Assembly (NCBI RefSeq): GCF_000012905.2
Contig: NC_007493.2
Location: 720,001 to 752,000 of the forward strand
Length of the DNA: 32,000 nt
Direction of reading: 5' to 3'
DNA from: Cereibacter sphaeroides 2.4.1
GTDB lineage: Bacteria > Pseudomonadota > Alphaproteobacteria > Rhodobacterales > Rhodobacteraceae
The position numbers were made by a program, and so were the translations under genes. Each line of letters begins with the position of its first letter. Positions within the stretch are counted from its first letter, which is position 1. The notes beneath the pieces are model-generated. The model did no database searches. It saw only the letters and a program-made list of their open reading frames with translations, and had not been told where the DNA came from. Shown in pieces: positions 16,420 through 24,465 of the stretch.

Positions 16420-17637
16420 ATGATGGACCTGCTGGCGGAACCGAAGCTGAGGCGACCTTTCCGGCGGCGGGTGTTCCTGATCCCCGGCGGCGAACCGGTG
16501 CCGCCCGCCTTCTACCGGGAGCTCTATCTGCGGCAGGGGACGGCGCAGGCCGACCTCGCGGAGATGGCGCTGGCGCTGCGCCCGGGGCGGGGGCCCGCAT
16601 CCTGGCGCGTCGCGGGCGCGATGGAGGCGGGCTTCTGCGACACCGAGGTCGAGCTTCTGCCCTGGGCCGATCTCGTTCCCGGAGCGGCGGGGCAGGCGAT
16701 CCTGCCGGCGCTCGCGGGCAGGCTCGGCACGCTCTGGATCTATCTCGCGACCGGCACGCTCCTGCGCCTGTTCCGGCTGCGGCCTGTGGCGGTGCTGGCG
16801 ATCCTCGTGCCGCCAGCGGTGCTCTCCGGGCTTGCCGCGCTGGCGCTGGGCGCGGGGCTGCTGCTGGCTCAGGCGCTGGCCGCCCTGATCTGGCCGCCGG
16901 CGGGCTGGCTGGCGGGGCTCCTGCTTGCGGGGGTCCTCCTCCTGCGGGTCCGCTTTCCTCCGCTGCCGTTTGCCGATCTGGGATTGCTGGCCCGGCAGCG
17001 CGGGGCGCTGTCGCCCGCCCTTGCCGAGCGGATGGGCCGCTTTCGCGCCGCCCTGTCGGAGGCGCTGCGGAGCGAGTGCGACGAGCTGCTGGTGGTGGGC
17101 CATTCCACGGGCGCGGCGCTTGCCGTGTCGCTCATGGCCGACCTGCTGCGCGGCGGACTGCCCGGCCGCCGGCCGGCGCTCGCGCTGCTGACGCTGGGAC
17201 AGCGCGTGCCGCTCCTGTCCTTCCTGCCCGAGGCCCGGCAGGTCCGGCGCGATCTGAACGCGCTGGCGGCCGCGGCGGAACTGACCTGGGTCGATGTGAG
17301 CGCGCGCGAGGATCCGCTCTGCTTCGCGCTCTGCGACCCGGTGTCGGTGTCGGGCGTGGCCCCGGAGGGCCAGCTCTGGCCGCTGGCGATCTCGGCCGCG
17401 CTCGCGGAGACGCTTTCGCCCGCGCGGAGGCGCAGGCTGCGGGGCCGGCCGGGGCTGCGCCATCTGCAGTATCTCTGCGCCTATGACAGGCCAGGAGATT
17501 ACGATGTCTTCCGCGTGACGGCCGGGCCGAGGCCGCTGGCCGAGCGGTTCCCGGGCCGGGGGCGGATCGACCGGGTGAGTTCAGGGCAAGGGACGACGGG
17601 TGCGCCGCGCGCGGAGGCTCAGCGGCCGGTGCGGTAG
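16420..17637 (+). CDS. Hypothetical membrane protein with a C-terminal alpha/beta-hydrolase-like region (GHSTG nucleophile-elbow motif), 405 aa
   Basis: ATGATG start 25 nt after ccdA, with a GGGAG SD. High GC3. Three to four hydrophobic helices (about aa 100-190), then LLVVGHSTGAALAV (GxSxG). No family recognised by eye. Confidence 0.65.
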   Translation: MMDLLAEPKLRRPFRRRVFLIPGGEPVPPAFYRELYLRQGTAQADLAEMALALRPGRGPASWRVAGAMEAGFCDTEVELLPWADLVPGAAGQAILPALAGRLGTLWIYLATGTLLRLFRLRPVAVLAILVPPAVLSGLAALALGAGLLLAQALAALIWPPAGWLAGLLLAGVLLLRVRFPPLPFADLGLLARQRGALSPALAERMGRFRAALSEALRSECDELLVVGHSTGAALAVSLMADLLRGGLPGRRPALALLTLGQRVPLLSFLPEARQVRRDLNALAAAAELTWVDVSAREDPLCFALCDPVSVSGVAPEGQLWPLAISAALAETLSPARRRRLRGRPGLRHLQYLCAYDRPGDYDVFRVTAGPRPLAERFPGRGRIDRVSSGQGTTGAPRAEAQRPVR

Positions 17638-17840
17638 TGGCGCAGCACGAAGACGCGGAGCGCGGAGGCAAGGCCCACCTCCGGGTCGCGGGCCTCGTCC
17701 ACCTCGGCCGCCAGCGCATTGAGCGGCAGGCCGCGCTCGGCTGCGATCTCGCGGAAGGCGCGCCAGAAGTCGGCCTCGAGCGAGACGCTGGTGCGGTGGC
17801 CCTTCAGAGTGAGCGAGTGTTTCTCCGGGCGGCCGTTCAT
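17619..17840 (-). CDS. Ribbon-helix-helix domain protein (RHH_4-like), 73 aa
   Basis: MNGRPEKHSLTLKGHRTSVSLEADFWRAFREIAAERGLPLNALAAEVD... has the beta-strand-helix-helix pattern of RHH DNA-binding proteins. Its ATG forms an ATGA overlap with the DUF4169 stop. Its 3' end overlaps the convergent gene 16420-17637 by 19 nt. Confidence 0.8.
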   Translation of the reverse strand: MNGRPEKHSLTLKGHRTSVSLEADFWRAFREIAAERGLPLNALAAEVDEARDPEVGLASALRVFVLRHYRTGR

Positions 17841-18040
17841 GGATCGGTGGGCTCGTCGGGCGCGTCCGTCTCGCGGCGGTGGCCCTCGAGATGCGCCCGG
17901 GCCTGTTCGGCCCGGGTCTCCTCCAGCCTGCGCTCGGCCCTGGTGCGGCCGTGCTTCGCTGCATTCTCGTCGCCCTTCCGGCGGCGGGCATCGCGCTCCG
18001 CCGCCTTGCGCTTCGCGCGAAGGTTGACGATCTCGGCCAT
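17837..18040 (-). CDS. DUF4169-like small basic protein, 67 aa
   Basis: [56 protein letters not shown] resembles DUF4169. Its ATG at 18040 shares one nucleotide with the fumC stop (TGATG). Confidence 0.75.
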   Translation of the reverse strand: MAEIVNLRAKRKAAERDARRRKGDENAAKHGRTRAERRLEETRAEQARAHLEGHRRETDAPDEPTDP

Positions 18041-19434
18041 CAGCCCTTCGGCCCGATCATGTCCTCGGGGCGGACGACGCGGTCGAAGGTCTCGGCATCG
18101 ACGAGGCCGAGGGCGATGGCCTCCTCGCGCAGCGTCGTGCCGTTCTTGTGCGCGGTCTTGGCGACCTTGGTGGCATTGTCATAGCCGATGGTGGGGGCCA
18201 GCGCCGTCACCAGCATCAGGCTCTCCTTCATCAGCTTGTCGATCCGCGCCACGTTGGCCTGCGTGCCGACCACCATGTTGTCGGTGAAGCTGCCCGCAGC
18301 ATCGCCCAGAAGCTGCATCGATTGCAGCACGTTGTAGGACATCATCGGATTGTAGACGTTCAGCTCGAAGTGGCCCTGGCTGCCCGCGAAGCCGATCGCC
18401 GCGTCATTGCCCATCACATGGGTACAGACCATGGTCAGCGCCTCGGCCTGCGTCGGGTTCACCTTGCCCGGCATGATCGAGGAGCCGGGCTCGTTCTCGG
18501 GCAGGATCAGCTCGCCCAGACCCGAGCGCGGACCCGAGCCCAGAAGCCGCATGTCGTTGGCGATCTTGAAGAGCGAGGCCGCGACCGTCTTCAGCGCGCC
18601 CGAGAACATGACCATCGCATCGTGCGCGGCCAGCGCCTCGAACTTGTTTTCGGCGGTGACGAAGGGGAGGCCCGTGATCTCGGCGATCTTCGCGGCCACG
18701 CGGCTGTCCCAGCCCTGCCGGGTGTTCAGGCCCGTGCCAACCGCCGTGCCGCCCTGCGCGAGCTCGTAGATGTCGGGGAGGCAGGCCTTCACGCGGGCGA
18801 TGCCCTTCTCGACCTGCTTGGCATAGCCCGAGAATTCCTGCCCGAGCGTCAGCGGCGTCGCATCCTGGGTGTGGGTGCGGCCGATCTTGATGATGTCCTT
18901 GAACTCTTCCGACTTGGCGACAAGGGCTGCATGGAGCTTCTCGAGCCCCGGCAGCAGCACGTCGCGCGCCATCATGCCGATGGCCACATGCATGGCGGTG
19001 GGGAAAGTGTCGTTCGAGGACTGGCCCATGTTCACATGGTCGTTCGGATGGACGGGCTTCTTCGAGCCCATCGTGCCGCCCAGCATCTCGATGGCGCGGT
19101 TCGAGATCACCTCGTTCGCGTTCATGTTCGACTGGGTGCCCGAGCCGGTCTGCCAGACGACGAGCGGGAAATTGTCGTCGAAGCGGCCCTCGATCACTTC
19201 GGTCGCGGCAGCGGCGATGGCCTGACCCAGCTCCTCGGGCATGTCGCCCTGGGCCACATTGACGAGCGCGCAGGCCTTCTTGATCACGCCCAGGGCCCGG
19301 ACGATGGCCACCGGCTGCTTCTCCCAGCCGATCGGGAAGTTCTGGATCGACCGCTGCGTCTGGGCGCCCCAGTATTTGTCGGCAGGAACCTCGAGCGGGC
19401 CAAAGCTGTCGGTCTCGGTGCGGGTTGCAGTCAT
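18040..19434 (-). CDS. fumC: Class II fumarate hydratase FumC, 464 aa
   Basis: [29 protein letters not shown]...[13 protein letters not shown] (the GSSxMPxKxN signature)...full length. ATG at 19434; the track start at 19440 is a TTG. Confidence 0.95.
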   Translation of the reverse strand: MTATRTETDSFGPLEVPADKYWGAQTQRSIQNFPIGWEKQPVAIVRALGVIKKACALVNVAQGDMPEELGQAIAAAATEVIEGRFDDNFPLVVWQTGSGTQSNMNANEVISNRAIEMLGGTMGSKKPVHPNDHVNMGQSSNDTFPTAMHVAIGMMARDVLLPGLEKLHAALVAKSEEFKDIIKIGRTHTQDATPLTLGQEFSGYAKQVEKGIARVKACLPDIYELAQGGTAVGTGLNTRQGWDSRVAAKIAEITGLPFVTAENKFEALAAHDAMVMFSGALKTVAASLFKIANDMRLLGSGPRSGLGELILPENEPGSSIMPGKVNPTQAEALTMVCTHVMGNDAAIGFAGSQGHFELNVYNPMMSYNVLQSMQLLGDAAGSFTDNMVVGTQANVARIDKLMKESLMLVTALAPTIGYDNATKVAKTAHKNGTTLREEAIALGLVDAETFDRVVRPEDMIGPKG

Positions 19435-19518
19435 GCGCAAGCTCCTTGATTTTCCCGCAAGCTCTTAGGCAAGACGGGCAGGAAAATCAATCGGCATGCC
19501 GTCGCATACCGCACCGTC

Positions 19519-19601
19519 GCGGGGGCTGCCCGCCCCCGTCTCCGGCAGAGCCGGAGACTCCCCCGGGGATATTTGGGCAGAGTGAAAGCGCAGGCCTGCG
19601 C
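19519..19601 (+). repeat. Composite intergenic element, copy B
   Basis: Hairpin GGGGGC-TGCCC-GCCCCC (19521-19537), hairpin GTCTCCGGC-AGA-GCCGGAGAC (19538-19558), core TCCCCCGGGGATATTTGGGCAGAGTGAAAGCG (19559-19590), hairpin GCGCAG-GC-CTGCGC (19588-19601) abutting the sspB stop codon. Confidence 0.65.
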
Positions 19602-20059
19602 TACTTGCGGAACTTGTCGAGGCTCACGACCTGCGCGTCGTGGCGCGGCGGCTCGTCGTCGCCGTCGGGATCCTCGTCGCCGCCCGTCTCCTCCTCCTCG
19701 TCCTCCTCGTGGGTCTCGAACCGGAGGCCGAATTCCACGGACGGGTCGACGAAGGTGCGCACGGCATCGAAGGGGATGACCAGCGGCTCGGGCTGGTTGC
19801 CGAAGTTCAGCGTGACCGAGAAGCCGTGGTCGTCGGCGGAGAGGTTCTCGTACCAGTGCTGGATCACGACCGTCATCTCCTGCGGATAGCGCGCGCGGAG
19901 CCAGTCGGCCATGGCCACATCGGGATGGGTCGTGTCGAAGGTGATGAAGAAATGGTGCGCGCCGGGCAGCCCGTGCTCGGCCACATCCTCGAGCACGCTC
20001 TGGATCAGGCCCCGCATCGCGCGGTGCATGAGGTTGCCGTAATCGATCGAACGCGCCAT
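19601..20059 (-). CDS. sspB: ClpXP adaptor SspB (alphaproteobacterial SspB-alpha type), 152 aa
   Basis: MARSIDYGNLMHRAMRGLIQSVLEDVAEHGLPGAHHFFITFDT...MTVVIQHWYENL...FGLRF, an acidic linker, then a C-terminal VVSLDKFRK that looks like a ClpX-binding tail. ATG at 20059. Confidence 0.85.
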   Translation of the reverse strand: MARSIDYGNLMHRAMRGLIQSVLEDVAEHGLPGAHHFFITFDTTHPDVAMADWLRARYPQEMTVVIQHWYENLSADDHGFSVTLNFGNQPEPLVIPFDAVRTFVDPSVEFGLRFETHEEDEEEETGGDEDPDGDDEPPRHDAQVVSLDKFRK

Positions 20060-20161
20060 GCAAGATCCCCTGTCGCTTCGGGGCCAGCATAGGGGATTCG
20101 GTTCGGAAGAAAAGGGGGCGGCGCCTCGCATTTTCAGCCGGAAGGCGAACGGCGGGGCGGT

Positions 20162-20818
20162 TCAACTGGCGGGCTTGCCGAGTTCGCGCAGCAGTTTCTC
20201 GCGGATCGCCCGCCGGTAGTCCTGCAGCCCGCGGGCGGTCAGCACGAAGCCGGTCCGGGTGACGGCCCAGCGGTCGTAGAAGGCGGTGATCGGGGCCGAG
20301 GCGCCCATGTCCTCGATGGCGATGGCATTGATCTCGACGGCGGCGGCCTCGGCCGCGCGGCGGGCGCGGGCCACGGTGAAGCCCGCATTCTCCGGCCCGT
20401 CGCCCGAGATGTCGATGACCCTGCGGCGGCAGTCGCCCACGGCCGCGAACTGCGCGAGCGAGAAGGAGATGGCCTCGCCCACCGCCGTGTCGGAGGCAGC
20501 GAAGGCCCGCGGCAGGGTGCGGCTGGCCCCGGCGAAGGCCGCCACGTCGGAGGGCGCGAGCATCCGCCGCCAGGGCAGCGCCAGGGCCTGCCGGCCCACC
20601 CCCGACCAGTGGACGATGGCGAGGGCGCTTTCGCCCGCGAGGAGCAGATCGGCCACCGCCGGGTCGGAGAGGGCCAAGGCCAGCCCCTCCGCCTGCAGCG
20701 CATATTCGCCGCGGTCGATCGAGCCCGACACATCGATGGCGAGGAGGAGGGCGGTCTCGCAGGCGCGCGCCGGGCCGTGGCAGGCGAGCGACAGGGCGAG
20801 GGCGAGCGCGCGGATCAT
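20162..20818 (-). CDS. DUF1194 (vWA-like) secreted protein, 218 aa
   Basis: Signal peptide MIRALALALSLACHGPARA, then LLLAIDVSGSIDRGEY (vWA MIDAS-like DxSxS)...VIDISGDGPEN...INAIAI, typical of DUF1194. Confidence 0.8.
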   Translation of the reverse strand: MIRALALALSLACHGPARACETALLLAIDVSGSIDRGEYALQAEGLALALSDPAVADLLLAGESALAIVHWSGVGRQALALPWRRMLAPSDVAAFAGASRTLPRAFAASDTAVGEAISFSLAQFAAVGDCRRRVIDISGDGPENAGFTVARARRAAEAAAVEINAIAIEDMGASAPITAFYDRWAVTRTGFVLTARGLQDYRRAIREKLLRELGKPAS

Positions 20819-20861
20819 GGCGCGAAGCGTGGCGCGGGCCGGGTCGCAGGGCAAGGAGGAA

Positions 20862-21176
20862 GTGCAGGTTTCTGTTGCCAGGTACCTGCGAACCCCGCCT
20901 TACGCGGCTAAGCGCAAGGGCTTAAGTTTCGATAACTCGAACTGCTTACGCAGCCAGAGCCACCGGAGCACGGTTGTCGTTGGCAACTGTACTTTTCGGA
21001 CCGATAACGGTGGTACCTCACCGGGACAAAGCCAACCCCTTTAGACGTTCGTCGATCCTGTTTCGGCCCCCTCCGCCCCCAACGAGGGACTGTTGGTGGA
21101 GCCGCCGGGTACCGCCCCCGGGTCCGATCCGCTTATGACGAGCGCGTTTATGTCCATAGTCCGGGTTGCCCCGGAC
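20862..21176 (-). ncRNA. ssrA: tmRNA (ssrA), circularly permuted two-piece type. Acceptor piece about 21176-21095, short intervening segment 21094-21071, coding piece about 21070-20862.
   Basis: The minus strand reads GCC AAC GAC AAC CGT GCT CCG GTG GCT CTG GCT GCG TAA (20984-20946), giving tag ANDNRAPVALAA. The acceptor piece ends ...CCGGG-GGCGGTA-CCCGG-CGGCTCC-ACCA at 21095. The coding piece starts GGGGCCGAAACAGGATCGACG at 21070, and its GGGGCCG pairs with CGGCUCC including a G3:U pair. Outer boundaries are good to about +/-20 nt. Confidence 0.88.
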
Positions 21177-21182
21177 AGGCGG

Positions 21183-21211
21183 AATATAGGCGGGAGGGGC
21201 GGCCTCCGCAA
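21183..21211 (-). promoter_or_regulatory. Putative sigma-70-type promoter of ssrA
   Basis: The minus strand reads TTGCGG (21211-21206), a 17-nt spacer, then TATATT (21188-21183). This places a start near 21176, consistent with an acceptor piece of about 80 nt. Motif-only prediction. Confidence 0.4.
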
Positions 21212-21710
21212 GCGGCCGCAGGCGTGCCGGGGCGGATCCGTGGGGCAGCGCCGCGACGGGCTCCACCCGCACGGGCCGGCGTTCGCGGGGGGGGCACGCG
21301 GGCCGCGTGGCGTGCCGGGCCTCTGCGGCGCCGGTCGCGAGGAGGGTCACGAGATCCATGGCCGTCCGGAGCAGCGCCGCCGGACGGTCTCTCAGCCCAT
21401 GCGCCACGGGCCGGGGGAAGAGCCGGCTCAGGCCGGGTGGTCGGAAGCGGGGCTGCGGAGACCGGGCTGTCCGCGGATGACGGGGCGCCGACCGGGAGCG
21501 CTTTTCCCGAGAGGGCTCGGGAGCGCGAAGGGGCGGGCGGCCCTCCGCCGGCAGACGGTGCAGGGGATGGGGAGCGGCTATCCGGGATGCGGGCTGCTCG
21601 GGTGCCCCGGAGGGGGGCGGACAAGGGCCGGATCCGTGCGGCGAGGGGAGAGTGCTCGGGAGGGCTACGCGGATCCTCTCGGAGGAGGCGTGGCCGTCCG
21701 CGCGTGCGGA

Positions 21711-21732
21711 GGCGGGCGCCGGAGCGCCCGCC
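21711..21732 (-). terminator. GC hairpin downstream of the binding-protein gene (terminator-like, no U-tract)
   Basis: The minus strand reads GGCGGGCGC-TCCG-GCGCCCGCC. 9-bp stem with a C(UCCG)G tetraloop, beginning 8 nt after the stop at 21740-21742. Confidence 0.45.
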
Positions 21733-21739
21733 GGGCGGA

Positions 21740-22786
21740 TCAGAAGCCCGCCTTGATCTTCTCGAATTCCTCGAGCATCCGGTCGCGCATCGCCGGATCG
21801 AGCGGGGTCTGGGCCAGCAGCGTCGTGTCGACCGGGTCGAGCTCGGCCGCCTTCAGCGCCTCCGGGGTGATCTCGGCCATGGCGGCCTCGTTCGTCAGCG
21901 CATAGCCGTGGGTCTCGAGCAGCGAGGCGGCCGAGGAATGGGCGAGCCACGAGTTGATGAAGTCGTAGGCCTTGTCCTCGCTGCCGGGCGCGTCCTTCAT
22001 GTTGACATAGCCGCAGAACCAGGTGGCCGAGCCCTCCTTCGACTGTCGCTGGAAGCCCACGGGGAAGCCTTCCTGCCGCATCAGCGCGATGGCGTCGTTC
22101 CAGGTCCAGGCGAGCTGCACCTCGCCCGTCGCCATCAGCTGCGCCAGCTCGGACGGGTCGGCCCAGTAGGCGCGGACATTCTCGTGCGCCTGACGCAGCC
22201 ACTGGGCGCCGGCCTGGAACTGCTCCTCGGTCAGGTTCGTCCAGTCCGAGACGCCGGTGGCCAGAAGCGCCAGCGACCAGATGTCGTCGGTGTTGTCGGG
22301 CAGCGAGATGCGCCCGGCATATTTCGGGTCGAGGAAGGACTGGACCGAGGCCACGTCCTCGGCGGGCACGCTGTCGGTGTTGTAGGCGATGGCCGTGTAG
22401 GCATAGTCGGTGGGGATGTACCAGACGCCCTGATCGTCGTTGAAGATCCTGGAATCCTTGAAGCGCGGCGCGATGTTGTCGTATTCTGGGATCCGGCTCA
22501 CGTCCCAGGGCTCGATCAGGCCCGCGTCGCGGTATTTCGAGACCATCTGCGAGCAGGGATGGGTCACGTCCGACTTGAAGCCGGAGGCCACCTTCTGGAA
22601 GGCCTCGTCGTCGTCGCCATAGAGCGCATAGGTCGGCATCTGGCCGTTCTTCTCGATGTAGCTCTTCAGCAGGCCTTCGCTCTCGAAGCCGGCCCAGTCG
22701 AAGACGATGAGGTCGGGATCGGCGGCGAGCGCGGGCAGCGCGACGAGGGCGGCGGCGCTGGCCAGGAGGGTGGTGCGGCGGATCAT
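21740..22786 (-). CDS. ABC-transporter periplasmic substrate-binding protein, PotD/PotF (polyamine) family-like, 348 aa; no cognate permease or ATPase in the window
   Basis: Signal peptide MIRRTTLLASAAALVALPALA, then a mature domain with SBP_bac_1/PotD-like features (LIVFDWAGFE...YIPTDYAYTAIAYN...WFCGYVNM). AAGGAG SD upstream of the ATG at 22786. Confidence 0.82.
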   Translation of the reverse strand: MIRRTTLLASAAALVALPALAADPDLIVFDWAGFESEGLLKSYIEKNGQMPTYALYGDDDEAFQKVASGFKSDVTHPCSQMVSKYRDAGLIEPWDVSRIPEYDNIAPRFKDSRIFNDDQGVWYIPTDYAYTAIAYNTDSVPAEDVASVQSFLDPKYAGRISLPDNTDDIWSLALLATGVSDWTNLTEEQFQAGAQWLRQAHENVRAYWADPSELAQLMATGEVQLAWTWNDAIALMRQEGFPVGFQRQSKEGSATWFCGYVNMKDAPGSEDKAYDFINSWLAHSSAASLLETHGYALTNEAAMAEITPEALKAAELDPVDTTLLAQTPLDPAMRDRMLEEFEKIKAGF

Positions 22787-23124
22787 GTAAGCTCCTTGAA
22801 ACATTGGTCTGCGACGGGTCCCGGGCTGGCCGGCCGATGGTCGGACGCTAGAATAGGGGCGGTAGCGGCTCAAGCGTTTATTGCAGTCTGGGGGGCGGCG
22901 CGGCCTCGGGGCAAGCGCCGGGCGCGCTCTTCACGCAGGCTTGTGCGGCGGGTGGGCAGATCGCGGGCGGACGGGCCGTTGCGAGGGCGGAAGGCGGCGC
23001 CGGCGGCGCGGGGAGGCCGCTGCCCGCGCCGCCGCTCCGTCCCGCCGTGGCAGCCGTGGTCGGAGGATGCCTTGTCTTGCCGCAGGCGGATGGCTAGCCT
23101 CGGCCGGTCAGCCCCGGAGTTTGC

Positions 23125-24363
23125 ATGACCTTGCTCGACATAGGCTACGTCCGTTCCTTTTTCCCCGCCTTCTCGGAACCCGCGCTGGCGGGACAGGCCT
23201 TCTTCGAGAATGCGGGAGGCTCCTACACCTGCCGGCCGGTGATCGACCGGCTGAGCCGCTTCTACCACCAGCGCAAGGTGCAGCCCTATGCGCCCTATGC
23301 CGCCTCGCATGCGGCGGGCGCCGAGATGGACGAGGCGCGTAGCCGCCTCGCCGCCCTGATGGGGGTGGAGGAGGACGAGCTGTCCTTCGGCCCCTCGACC
23401 TCGGCCAACACCTACGTTCTGGCGCAGGCGGTGCGCGGCTGGCTTTCGCGCGAGGGCGGGGCCATCGTCGTGACGAACCAGGACCACGAGGCCAACAGCG
23501 GCGTCTGGCGTAGGCTCGCCCACGAGGGGATCGAGGTCCGCGAATGGCGCATCGATCCCGAAACGGGCCATCTCGATCCCGCGGGCCTGCCGCCGCTTCT
23601 GGCCGACGGGCGGGTGCGCCTGGTCTGTTTCCCGCATTGCTCGAACGTCGTGGGCGAGATCAATCCGGTGGCCGAGATCTGCGCCACCGCGCGGGCGGCG
23701 GGCGCCTTCACCTGCGTGGACGGCGTGAGCTATGCGCCCCACGGCCTGCCCGACATGGAGGCGCTCGGGGCCGATATCTATCTCTTCTCGGCCTACAAGA
23801 CCTACGGCCCGCATCAGGGGATCCTGCTGATGCGGCGCGCGCTGGCCGAGCTTCTGCCCGCGCAGGGGCACTGGTTCAACGCGGACACCTTGTTCAAGCG
23901 CTTCACGCCGGCGGGGCCGGACCATGCGCAGGTCGCGGCCTGCGCGGGGCTTGCCGATTATGTGGATGCGCTGGCGGCCCATCACGGCGCGGGCGGGGCC
24001 GCGCCGCTCGAGCGGTCGCGCGCGGTGCACCGGCTGATGCGCGAGCATGAGATCCGGCTTCTGCGGCCGCTCCTCGACCAGCTGGCGGCGCGCAACGACC
24101 TGCGCCTGATCGGGCCGCGCACGCCCGAGACCCGGGCCCCCACCGTGGCGCTGGTGCTCGACCGGCCCGTGGCGCCCGTCGCGGCCGCGCTGGCCGCGCA
24201 CGGGATCATGGCGAGCGCGGGGGATTTCTACGCCGTCCGTCCGCTCGAGGCGCTGGGGATCGATCCCGCCCGGGGCGTGCTGCGGCTGAGCTTCGTCCAT
24301 TACACGTCGGAGGCCGAGGTGGCGCAGCTGATGCTCGCGCTCGACGCGGTGCTGGGGCGCTGA
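23125..24363 (+). CDS. Class-V aminotransferase-fold PLP enzyme (cysteine desulfurase/SufS-like family), 412 aa
   Basis: Fold-type I class V pattern: VVTNQDHEAN, FPHCSNVVGEINP, CVDGVSYAPH, and the PLP-lysine motif FSAYKTYGP. Substrate cannot be assigned from sequence. Confidence 0.85.
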   Translation: MTLLDIGYVRSFFPAFSEPALAGQAFFENAGGSYTCRPVIDRLSRFYHQRKVQPYAPYAASHAAGAEMDEARSRLAALMGVEEDELSFGPSTSANTYVLAQAVRGWLSREGGAIVVTNQDHEANSGVWRRLAHEGIEVREWRIDPETGHLDPAGLPPLLADGRVRLVCFPHCSNVVGEINPVAEICATARAAGAFTCVDGVSYAPHGLPDMEALGADIYLFSAYKTYGPHQGILLMRRALAELLPAQGHWFNADTLFKRFTPAGPDHAQVAACAGLADYVDALAAHHGAGGAAPLERSRAVHRLMREHEIRLLRPLLDQLAARNDLRLIGPRTPETRAPTVALVLDRPVAPVAAALAAHGIMASAGDFYAVRPLEALGIDPARGVLRLSFVHYTSEAEVAQLMLALDAVLGR

Positions 24364-24377
24364 GGGCCGCGCGGGCG

Positions 24378-24451
24378 CGGGGGGGCGTCTGCCCCCCGGA
24401 TCGGCCTCAGGCCGATCTCCCCCCGAGGATATTTCAACCAGAATGAAAGAG
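24378..24451 (+). repeat. Composite intergenic element, copy C
   Basis: Hairpin GGGGGGC-GTCT-GCCCCCC (24380-24397), hairpin GATCGGCC-TCA-GGCCGATC (24399-24417), core TCCCCCCGAGGATATTTCAACCAGAATGAAAGAG (24418-24451). Lies 15 nt after the aminotransferase stop and 15 nt before the sigma-E-type -35 box. Confidence 0.65.
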
Positions 24452-24465
24452 TTGGGGCGAGAGGA

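Noticed and set aside
20286-21044. 252-aa plus-strand ORF, with an internal AAGGAGGA-GTG at about 20853-20864 that looks like an SD plus start
   Set aside because: It runs antisense through DUF1194 and the tmRNA coding piece. The region is fully explained by ssrA (tag ORF, acceptor pairing, CCA end).
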